DNA of 64,000 nucleotides from Candidatus Zixiibacteriota bacterium (GTDB lineage Bacteria; Zixibacteria; MSB-5A5; JAABVY01): NCBI GenBank assembly GCA_014728145.1, contig WJMC01000062.1, positions 558 to 64,557 of the forward strand, read 5' to 3'. Shown piece by piece: positions 56,619 to 64,000 of this stretch (position 1 is its first letter; each line of letters starts with the position of its first letter). The notes under the pieces were generated by a model. It saw only the letters and a program-made list of their open reading frames with translations, ran no database searches and was not told where the DNA came from. The position numbers and the translations under genes were made by a program.

Positions 56619-58907
56619 CTAACAATCTCCCGGAGCCAGTCCGCCGGCGAAAGCGAAGTTGATGATGTAAACAGCGTCGGACACGTCAACACTCGCGTCA
56701 CAATTGGCATCACCGACCTCGAGCACAGGAACAGGATCCGGTCCGCCCACGAATGCGTAGTTGATAATGTAAACAGCGTCAGATACATCGATATTGCCGT
56801 CGTTATTGGCATCGCCGATCAGCAGTGTGCCGGTCTCGACAAAAATCTCGAAATTCATATCATCGGAAAGCTGGGGATCACTGTCGTCGGTGGCAGAAAC
56901 AGTAAATGTAAACATCCCGCTTTCGAGCGCATTTCCGGTAAGCTGACCTTCATTGTCGATTTCCAGTCCATCGGGCAAGCTTCCAGCCACAATCTGGACA
57001 TCATACGGCGGAGTACCACCCTTGATCAGCACCGTATCGACATAGTTCTGGTACTGAACCGCGCTGTCGACCGGAATATCGAGCACCCGCAGGCCGTAGT
57101 TTTCAACAAGCGCGTCCCGCAGGATCCAGCTGTCCTTGTCGACATAGACCTGGTAAGGATGATAGGGTTGATCTTCGAGATAGAATACGAAGTCCTGTTC
57201 ACGCTGGTCATTGAACACTGTTTCGACAATCGATGGTCCGCCAGAGTTTATCGTGATTTCAACCGGCATGTCGAATACCTGCGGGCTGGTGGTCTGAGTC
57301 TGCCTCAGGTGCAGGTAAAACATATAATCACCGGGATTGACTTCCTCGTAGACATAGGAGAAACGATACTTGGGATAGTACTCTCCCCAGATCCAGTCCT
57401 GGAAGAATTCATGCAGGCGATCATCACCGGAAACATCGATACACAAATCACGAAATTCAACAGTAGTGATATCACCCCACTTATAACGAGGGTCATCATA
57501 ATATGTATGAATGATTTCGAAGAATGCTGAATCTCCCACGAAATTCCTGAGCATATGTAATACCCATGCGCCCTTGTCATATACACGGCTGGTAAAGATC
57601 GACCAGACCTGGGTAGTATCCTGACACCAGATCGTCCCCCCCTGGGTATAACGCATATTGTTCATGTAATCGCGATAGAATGCCCAGCCCTCAGTCGCTT
57701 CGACCCACAGAGCTTCGGTATAGGTAGCAAAGCCTTCGTTCATCCAGATCTCGTGCCAGTTTTCGCAGGTTATCATGTCTCCCCACCACTGGTGAGCGAG
57801 CTCATGCACAATTATGCTTTCATAGTAGGCATTGGAAGACATGGAGGTATTAGTCTGATGCTCCATCGCCCCGCCCCAGTCGAAATGAAGCATGCCATAT
57901 TTCTCACCCACAAATGGGTATTCGCCGAAAAGACCCGCCAGCGTATCGATCATATCGACTGTAACCGGATAGTATGTCTCGGAAAGAGTCTGGTCTTCCG
58001 GATAGACGAAGAAATCGACCGGCATGCTGTCACCCGCCTCGGATATGTACCATTCACGCCATTGGTAGTAATTGGTTACCCCGATAGCGACCAGGTATGT
58101 CGTAATCGGGTAATTGTGATCCCAGTGCGTGGTTTTGGTACCATCGCCATTGTCAACTATGCTGTTTATCAGACCGTTCGAGGCACATACGAAATTGTCC
58201 GGATGAGTTATGATAATATCGACCGAGTCGGCTTTATCTGAGGGATTATCCTTGCATGGCCACCAGGTACGGGCGAAATAAGGTTCGGACAGCGTAGTGG
58301 CAACATCGACACCCCCATGGGTGCCAAAGGCGAAAGCCTGGAAACCGCCTTCAGTCGGATGGCCATTGTAGTAGACATAGAATTCGAACGTCTGAGCGCT
58401 GTCATAAGTCTGGTCGAGAGTAATCGTAATGATATCATTGGAATGAGTATAGGACAAACTCGTGGCGCCGGTGGTAACCGAATCGACCGTCATGTTGTCA
58501 TATAGATCGATTTCCACTGTTGACAGCCCCTCAACCAGGCTCGCCCCCATAGTTTTAACATAACCGTCGAGTATTTCGGTGCTGAAATTGATATCGAAAC
58601 TGATCTCGTAATAGAGCGCATCCCATTGCCATTGTGACAAAAACGACTTGGTCAGCATCTCCTGCTGTTGAGCCTCTCGAGCTTTCTGAAGGCGCAGGGC
58701 TTTGCCGTGGCGACAGAAATCATGAGTGGTCCTGATCATATCGCTCAATTCCTCGGGTGTAAGATCTTTGAGATCCTCGACAATCAGGTCTTTCCCGCTG
58801 ATGCTTTCAAAAAACTCACGGGCATCAGCCGGACTCTCCGCTTTAGCCGTCGAAAATCCCGCCAGAATGACAAGTGCCAGTAAAGCACTAAGAAGCTTAA
58901 ATCGCAC
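56619..58907 (-). CDS. Secreted M1-family zinc aminopeptidase with a C-terminal tandem dockerin module
   Basis: The likely start is a GTG at 58907, behind a GGAGG RBS, giving the signal peptide MRFKLLSALLALVILAGFSTAKA. The track ORF starts at 58991. The zinc motif is VHELAHQWWG...NEGFATY (HEXXH+E). The C-terminal dockerin loops read GDANNDGNIDVSDAVYIINYAF and GDANCDASVDVSDAVYIINFAF. Confidence 0.85.
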   Translation of the reverse strand: MRFKLLSALLALVILAGFSTAKAESPADAREFFESISGKDLIVEDLKDLTPEELSDMIRTTHDFCRHGKALRLQKAREAQQQEMLTKSFLSQWQWDALYYEISFDINFSTEILDGYVKTMGASLVEGLSTVEIDLYDNMTVDSVTTGATSLSYTHSNDIITITLDQTYDSAQTFEFYVYYNGHPTEGGFQAFAFGTHGGVDVATTLSEPYFARTWWPCKDNPSDKADSVDIIITHPDNFVCASNGLINSIVDNGDGTKTTHWDHNYPITTYLVAIGVTNYYQWREWYISEAGDSMPVDFFVYPEDQTLSETYYPVTVDMIDTLAGLFGEYPFVGEKYGMLHFDWGGAMEHQTNTSMSSNAYYESIIVHELAHQWWGDMITCENWHEIWMNEGFATYTEALWVEATEGWAFYRDYMNNMRYTQGGTIWCQDTTQVWSIFTSRVYDKGAWVLHMLRNFVGDSAFFEIIHTYYDDPRYKWGDITTVEFRDLCIDVSGDDRLHEFFQDWIWGEYYPKYRFSYVYEEVNPGDYMFYLHLRQTQTTSPQVFDMPVEITINSGGPSIVETVFNDQREQDFVFYLEDQPYHPYQVYVDKDSWILRDALVENYGLRVLDIPVDSAVQYQNYVDTVLIKGGTPPYDVQIVAGSLPDGLEIDNEGQLTGNALESGMFTFTVSATDDSDPQLSDDMNFEIFVETGTLLIGDANNDGNIDVSDAVYIINYAFVGGPDPVPVLEVGDANCDASVDVSDAVYIINFAFAGGLAPGDC

Positions 58908-59139
58908 GCGATCCTCCAATTCATATATGTTTTCGGAATTTACAATCTCATTCTCCGCATACAGGCTCGAGAGGTAAAAAAAGAAGCTCACATACAGAGT
59001 AGTCAGCCACAGAAATATAAGATAAAAGCACTGTTTGTCAACCGCAAATCAGCTTGCCCTGTTCCCCTATATTCCTATAAGCCATTTATATAACAGGGCT
59101 TACGTCGACCCTGTTCCCTCAATTGCGCAAAATCGATAC

Positions 59140-59171
59140 AAAAAAAGACGGGCAGAGATTATCTGCCCGCC
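59140..59171 (-). terminator. Rho-independent terminator after the BACON-dockerin gene
   Basis: A CGGGCAG-agattat-CTGCCCG hairpin is followed by a U7 run on the minus strand. Confidence 0.65.
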
Positions 59172-59195
59172 CCAAATATCTATAAGATTATACCG

Positions 59196-61505
59196 TTACG
59201 GAATAATGAACGGATCGTAAGTACATGGCGTCGGCCCCCCGCCAAACGAATAGTTCAGGATATAAACCGCATCGGATACATCGACCATCCTGTCGCAGTT
59301 GCAGTCACCCGCCCATTCACGCGGAATCGGCTTGGGATAACCTGCCGCGAAAGCGTAGTAGATTACATAGACAGCGTCGGTAACATTGATGTTTCCATCG
59401 CAATTAGCATCACCAAACTGGGCGATATAGACGTTGAATTCGACAACCACGGAATCATTTACAGAACCGGGCGCATGGATCACGAATTCACCCGGGGTAA
59501 TTCCCAGAGGCAAACCGGCGCCGACCACGTTAGTATTCACCTCCTGGAAATTCGTACCGGAATCAGGTTCGAAGGTCATCCAGGGATACGGATCGGTAAT
59601 ATACCAGTCCATACAGCCGGAAACAGCGTTATTGATAATCAGCGTGGGGTTAACCGTCAGGCCGACATCACCCGCCAGGAAGATAAACGCCAGCGAGTCG
59701 ACACTGACATCCAGTTCGGTCGGATCGGTCGGGCTGTTGACGGTAAACGAGACTTCCACATAGTCAGGAGGTGTCAGCGACCAGGTGGAGACGACCTTGA
59801 TAGTATCTGTATAGGTTCCCGGAGCAAGACCGGACTCATCGACAGACACCTCGACAAGCGCGTTGTTGGGGCCTGAACTCGGGTCCGGAACAAGCCAGTC
59901 AGCATCCCATTCCAGCGTCCAGTCAAGGCTCTCGATACCGTTGTTCTGGATTTCGAAAGTCTGGCTCGGGATCGGTGGTATATTCTGACACTGTACTCCA
60001 CTGAAACTGAGCTGATCACCGATAACTTCGAGTTCCGGAGGCCACTGCATAACCCACAGTTGAACCGGGATTTCATACGGGCCGCCGGTGCCGTTGGTGG
60101 AAGTCACAACGATCGTGTCGTAGTGGAAGCCCTGGTTCATCCCGATCGTCTCGAAACTGACCACGACTTCTTCAACACCCATGGTCGATCCGGTTGAGGG
60201 CTGGAAAGATATCCATTCGTTAGTGGCAGTGATATCAAAGTTAAGAGAGCCACCACCGCCATTTATTATCTTTAAAATGCGGTCATAGGGATTCTGGGTA
60301 ATCGAACCACCTACCTGGTAAGACAGCGGTTCAACCTCCAGAACAGGGAAAGCACTGATAACTTCGAGTACAACTTCGGCATACTGAGGCGAATTGGTAG
60401 CATTCGGATCGCTGACGACGATCGTGTCGTAATAAGTTCCGAATGTCAACCCGGTGATATCAACCATCAGGTCGACAGCATCGCCGGGACCACCGCTGTA
60501 AGCGGACAGGCTCAGCCACATACTTGAATTCGTGGCGGTCCATGAGAGCGTACCGCCACCGACATCATTGACCACCAACGTCTGAATATCCGGATTGGCG
60601 GAATCCTGCAATGCCAGGAAGTAGAACTCATCCGGTACCAGCTCGATCTCCGGAAGAGGCTCATTGACAGTAAACGTAACTGTCGCGTACTGTGGATCAT
60701 TGGTAGCATTTGGATCAGAAACCATTATTGAGTCGGTATATACGCCAGCCGATAAGCCCGCCAGGTTTACATAGACTCCCGGATTTGATGGCGCCATCCC
60801 GCTGGAAGGACTGACATTCAACCAGCCAGCATCCCAGGAAGCATCCCAGAACAGGTCACCTTCACCTACATTCGTAATATTCAGTACCTGCGGTTGCGGA
60901 TTTGGATCACCAATCGTGGCCTCAAAAGCGAAAGTTTCGGGTGAAAGCTCGATAGTCGGCTGGGGCGGGATACCTTCACCAACTGTAATCTCACCTGCGA
61001 TAAATTGCGGTTTCAAAGACGTTCCATCAAGGTTTGTCAAAATAAATGGCGCGGCCGGAGGTACAAATCCGGAATCGATAGTAATCACCTGGTCCGGCGC
61101 ACCGGCATCGAGGGTGAACCAGAGCTTAGCCAGCAGGCTGTCACCCGGAACGATACCAACAGGCTCCATAAGCTTGACACCGACAACGATCAGGCGATTG
61201 CTGTCGGGATCGATGACATGCTGAATGATAGCGAGATGTTCCATTGACCCGCCATCGACAGTAATTGAATCGATATCGATATCGTCGGAATCATAATACA
61301 TACCGAGTGATGTGGCTGCCAGTTCCTCATCATTGAAAAGTGTCACCTCGACCGGAAATGCGATTGGATTAAAAGGATCCGGGTCTATCTGCAGTGATTC
61401 GACCCTGACCGTGTCCGGAATTCCCGGATCATCGGCCATAGCCGGCAAAGCCAGCCATAAAAAGATTAAAAATACCATTGAAAAAATAAGTGCTTTCCCA
61501 TGCAT
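59196..61505 (-). CDS. Secreted protein with about five BACON-like repeats and a C-terminal tandem dockerin module
   Basis: A signal peptide is present. Repeats read NVGEGDLFWDASWDAGWLNVSPSSG, NDVGGGTLSWTATNSSMWLSLSAYSG, INGGGGSLNFDITATNEWISFQPSTG, IQNNGIESLDWTLEWDADWLVPDPSSG and ...WYITDPYPWMTFEPDSG. The C-terminal dockerin loops read GDANCDGNINVTDAVYVIYYAF and GDCNCDRMVDVSDAVYILNYSF. Confidence 0.75.
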   Translation of the reverse strand: MHGKALIFSMVFLIFLWLALPAMADDPGIPDTVRVESLQIDPDPFNPIAFPVEVTLFNDEELAATSLGMYYDSDDIDIDSITVDGGSMEHLAIIQHVIDPDSNRLIVVGVKLMEPVGIVPGDSLLAKLWFTLDAGAPDQVITIDSGFVPPAAPFILTNLDGTSLKPQFIAGEITVGEGIPPQPTIELSPETFAFEATIGDPNPQPQVLNITNVGEGDLFWDASWDAGWLNVSPSSGMAPSNPGVYVNLAGLSAGVYTDSIMVSDPNATNDPQYATVTFTVNEPLPEIELVPDEFYFLALQDSANPDIQTLVVNDVGGGTLSWTATNSSMWLSLSAYSGGPGDAVDLMVDITGLTFGTYYDTIVVSDPNATNSPQYAEVVLEVISAFPVLEVEPLSYQVGGSITQNPYDRILKIINGGGGSLNFDITATNEWISFQPSTGSTMGVEEVVVSFETIGMNQGFHYDTIVVTSTNGTGGPYEIPVQLWVMQWPPELEVIGDQLSFSGVQCQNIPPIPSQTFEIQNNGIESLDWTLEWDADWLVPDPSSGPNNALVEVSVDESGLAPGTYTDTIKVVSTWSLTPPDYVEVSFTVNSPTDPTELDVSVDSLAFIFLAGDVGLTVNPTLIINNAVSGCMDWYITDPYPWMTFEPDSGTNFQEVNTNVVGAGLPLGITPGEFVIHAPGSVNDSVVVEFNVYIAQFGDANCDGNINVTDAVYVIYYAFAAGYPKPIPREWAGDCNCDRMVDVSDAVYILNYSFGGGPTPCTYDPFIIP

Positions 61506-61750
61506 TGCTACACCTCCTGCATAAAAACTTCCATGTAAAAAAGTGGTCCACTTCGCCTGTAATTATATTCTGGAAAGGAAACCCAGGTATTTACACCTGT
61601 TAAGTAAAATATGATCCGGTAGTAATATGGAAATTAGGAATATATTTGTCAAGTTATATTTGGGTTAGCAATAAACGGACCGCTCAAGAAACCTAAAGCA
61701 GATGTTTACAGGTGGCGCGCAAGGCTATGCAGTGAAACGGTTTTGATCAA

Positions 61751-64000
61751 TTACTCCTTGCGCGTACGTCGGGAATTTTTACGTTTGCGCTTTTTGGCTT
61801 GAAGCACCTTGCGCTTTTGAGCCTGCTCTTCCTCTTTGATCTTTTCGACCTCATGGTAAAGCAGTTTTTCAAGGGAATGATCGGTCAGCTCAAAATCCAT
61901 CAGGGCGTGCTCGAAAACTTCGTCCAGTTTTTCGACCAGGATGAACTCCATATCTTCAAGTATCTGCTGTGGCATTTCCTTGATATCTTTTTCGTTGTCA
62001 CGGGGCAGAATTACCTTGAAGATACCTGCCCGATGAGCGGCGGCGATTTTTTCTTTTATTCCCGAAACCGCCAGGACTTTACCGCGCAATGAGACCTCGC
62101 CGGTTAGTGCTATATCATTGGCGATCGGCCGATCGGACATCAAAGAAGCGATCACGGTAGAAATAGTCACTCCAGCCGAGGGACCATCCTTGGGAATCGC
62201 ACCTGAAGGGAAATGAATGTGAATATCATAGTTTACGAAATCGTTGTAGTCGATGCCGAGCATCTCCGCGCGAGCACGTACATAGGAATGCGATGCCTGG
62301 ATCGACTCTTTCATGACTTCGCCCAGTGATCCGGTGAAGATAACCCCACCCGCACCACGCATCTTGATACCCTCGATCAGCATAATATCCCCGCCCGAGC
62401 CTGTCCATGCCAGGCCGTTGGCGACGCCGATTTCGGGGTTGCTCTCGATCATTTCAGGGATGTAGACCGGGGGACCGAGGTAAGTCTCGAGATTTTTAAT
62501 CGTAATTCGAATTTTGCGCTTACGTTTGTTGACCGCCAGCTGACGTGAAACCTTGCGGCAGATCAACTCGATCTCGCGTTTGAAACCGATCAAGCCGGAT
62601 TCAAGCGTGTAGTGACGGATTATCCGGCGCAGGGCTTCGGCTGTAAAAGTAAGGGTGCCTTCTTTTAAGTTGTGAGCACGACAGAGCTTTGGAATGATGA
62701 ATTTCTGACCGATCTCGATCTTTTCAGAATCGATATAGCCAGTGAATTCGATCACCTCCATCCGCTCAGTAAGCGGTGCAGGGATCTCGTCCAATGCTTC
62801 CACGGTGGTGATGAAAATCGCCCGTGAGAGATCGAACGGCAAACCGACATAGGCATCGATAAATGACTTATTCTGCTTCGGATCAAGAATTTCAAGCATC
62901 GCCAGAGGCAGTGACATACTGCTCGAATACATCGACATCTTATCGATATCATCGACGATCACGACCGGATTGGCACTCTTCCTTTCAACCAGCGCGCGCA
63001 TGACATTACCCGGCATCGCCCCCAGGAAAGTACGCATATCGCCTTTGATATCCTCGACCAGCGAAATCCCTGCGGCATTGATTGTAATCACCTCGCGTCC
63101 CAACGCCCGCGCGATTGCATTGGCCAGAGAACTCTTACCGGTACCGGGAGGGCCACACAGGCACAAGATTGGACTGCGTATCTGCGCGGTCAGCTTGCGC
63201 ACCACGAGATATTCAATGATGCGGTCTTTGATCCGGCGAGGGCCGTAATATTCGCGATCGATCAAATCTTCTATCTTTTTTAGATTATCCTCATCTTCGG
63301 TACACTTGTTCCATGGCAGGCTCAAAAGAAGCTCGATATAGCCCTTGGTTGCGCCATATTCAGCGGAAGCTATCGACAGTAGTTTCATGCGCTCGATCTC
63401 GAGGTTAATCCTGTCCTTGACATAGGACGGAAGACTCACCATGTTGTCCAGCTTATCCTTAAAGTAACGGATTAAGCGTTCCTCGGGATCTTCTTCTCCC
63501 AGTTCACGATGGATCTGCTTCAACTGCTCCCGCAAAAACAGTTCGCGACGGCTTTTGCTGATCGATTGCTTAACTTTCGTATCCAATTCCGCCTGGATTT
63601 CGAGGGTCTTAATTTCATCCTCAATAGCCTTCTTAAGAATCGACATCCGCTCGACGGGATTGGGAGCTTCCAGGATGCTCTGCTTAATTGCCAGAGGTAC
63701 ATGCAGGTTGGAGACGATACAGTCACAGAAATATCCCGGTTCACGGGTTGACTTTTCCGCGATATTCAGTATTTCACCCGAATACGAGGGATCAGCGAGG
63801 GTCAGCTGTTTTAACTGGGTGACGATTTCGGAATAAACCTGGCGCGGAATTTTGCTTTGTGTCTTAGTTTCCCCGATATCTTCATAATATGCTATAAAAT
63901 AAGGTTCCTCGAGTATAAAACGATCGACTTTGACACGCTTGACGCCTTCGAACGTTACACTCAGGATATCATCGGAGATCTTGTTGATTTTGACTATTCG
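61751..64000 (-). CDS. lon: ATP-dependent Lon protease (5'-truncated by the window end)
   Basis: The frame is open to position 64000. Walker A reads ILCLCGPPGTGKSS. The C-terminal S16 protease domain carries the catalytic Ser in DGPSAG. Confidence 0.9.
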   Translation of the reverse strand, partial: RIVKINKISDDILSVTFEGVKRVKVDRFILEEPYFIAYYEDIGETKTQSKIPRQVYSEIVTQLKQLTLADPSYSGEILNIAEKSTREPGYFCDCIVSNLHVPLAIKQSILEAPNPVERMSILKKAIEDEIKTLEIQAELDTKVKQSISKSRRELFLREQLKQIHRELGEEDPEERLIRYFKDKLDNMVSLPSYVKDRINLEIERMKLLSIASAEYGATKGYIELLLSLPWNKCTEDEDNLKKIEDLIDREYYGPRRIKDRIIEYLVVRKLTAQIRSPILCLCGPPGTGKSSLANAIARALGREVITINAAGISLVEDIKGDMRTFLGAMPGNVMRALVERKSANPVVIVDDIDKMSMYSSSMSLPLAMLEILDPKQNKSFIDAYVGLPFDLSRAIFITTVEALDEIPAPLTERMEVIEFTGYIDSEKIEIGQKFIIPKLCRAHNLKEGTLTFTAEALRRIIRHYTLESGLIGFKREIELICRKVSRQLAVNKRKRKIRITIKNLETYLGPPVYIPEMIESNPEIGVANGLAWTGSGGDIMLIEGIKMRGAGGVIFTGSLGEVMKESIQASHSYVRARAEMLGIDYNDFVNYDIHIHFPSGAIPKDGPSAGVTISTVIASLMSDRPIANDIALTGEVSLRGKVLAVSGIKEKIAAAHRAGIFKVILPRDNEKDIKEMPQQILEDMEFILVEKLDEVFEHALMDFELTDHSLEKLLYHEVEKIKEEEQAQKRKVLQAKKRKRKNSRRTRKE

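Noticed and set aside
1..64000. Mobile elements, prophage, CRISPR arrays and rRNA/tRNA genes
   Set aside because: No transposase, integrase or recombinase-like ORFs, no repeat-spacer arrays and no rRNA/tRNA-like conserved strings were seen. GC content is uniform apart from AT-rich promoter spacers.

Overview
This window reads as a gene-dense chromosomal segment of about 52% GC, with roughly 40 genes and no rRNA, tRNA, CRISPR array, transposase or integrase visible. The content suggests an uncultured, probably anaerobic bacterium of the Fibrobacteres-Chlorobi-Bacteroidetes (FCB) radiation. The evidence is several secreted proteins ending in type IX secretion system (T9SS) C-terminal sorting domains, a single-chain pyruvate:ferredoxin oxidoreductase, and Shine-Dalgarno-type ribosome-binding sites. 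From left to right the main contents are as follows. A giant repeat-built surface protein (more than 1,490 aa, truncated at the left edge) and an 888-aa paralog both carry dockerin-like modules, and the paralog ends in a T9SS sorting domain. A UbiB/ABC1 kinase overlaps a Cas4-like Fe-S nuclease by 4 nt. Next come a YceI-like protein, a divergent ArsR regulator, mtnA and yjbQ. A tightly coupled pilM-pilN-pilO-pilP-pilQ operon follows. In it the AMIN domain sits on a long PilP-like protein instead of on PilQ, and a 725-aa lipoprotein with invasin-like Ig repeats follows directly. A pilin gene lies upstream behind a textbook sigma-54 promoter (-24/-12 elements), with an orphan sigma-54-dependent response regulator nearby. 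Secreted S8 and M1 peptidases, a 1,264-aa PQQ-propeller protein and a five-BACON-repeat protein all end in paired dockerin modules, but no cohesin is visible. A Rad50/SbcC-type zinc-hook ATPase is translationally coupled to a membrane-anchored thermonuclease fused to an Ada-type zinc ribbon, with no Mre11/SbcD partner. The rest is housekeeping and signalling: an M50 site-2 protease, an HD-GYP response regulator, PadR, lipA, trxB, cobO, a fused FAD-oxidase/Fe-S protein, Rrf2-dcd-PFOR, a TolB-like propeller, pepA, an HDOD protein, a degenerate kinase-like sensor with a receiver domain, miaB and lon. The lon gene is truncated at the right edge. The strongest candidate for an undescribed system is the SbcC-like ATPase plus SNase/Ada-zinc-ribbon nuclease operon. 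The secondary candidates are the six-member dockerin protein set without a visible cohesin partner, the overlapping UbiB kinase and Cas4-like nuclease pair, and the rearranged pilus-assembly module. All calls come from reading the sequence and the ORF track by eye. Coordinates I derived by hand for alternative starts, promoters and terminators may be off by 1-2 nt.
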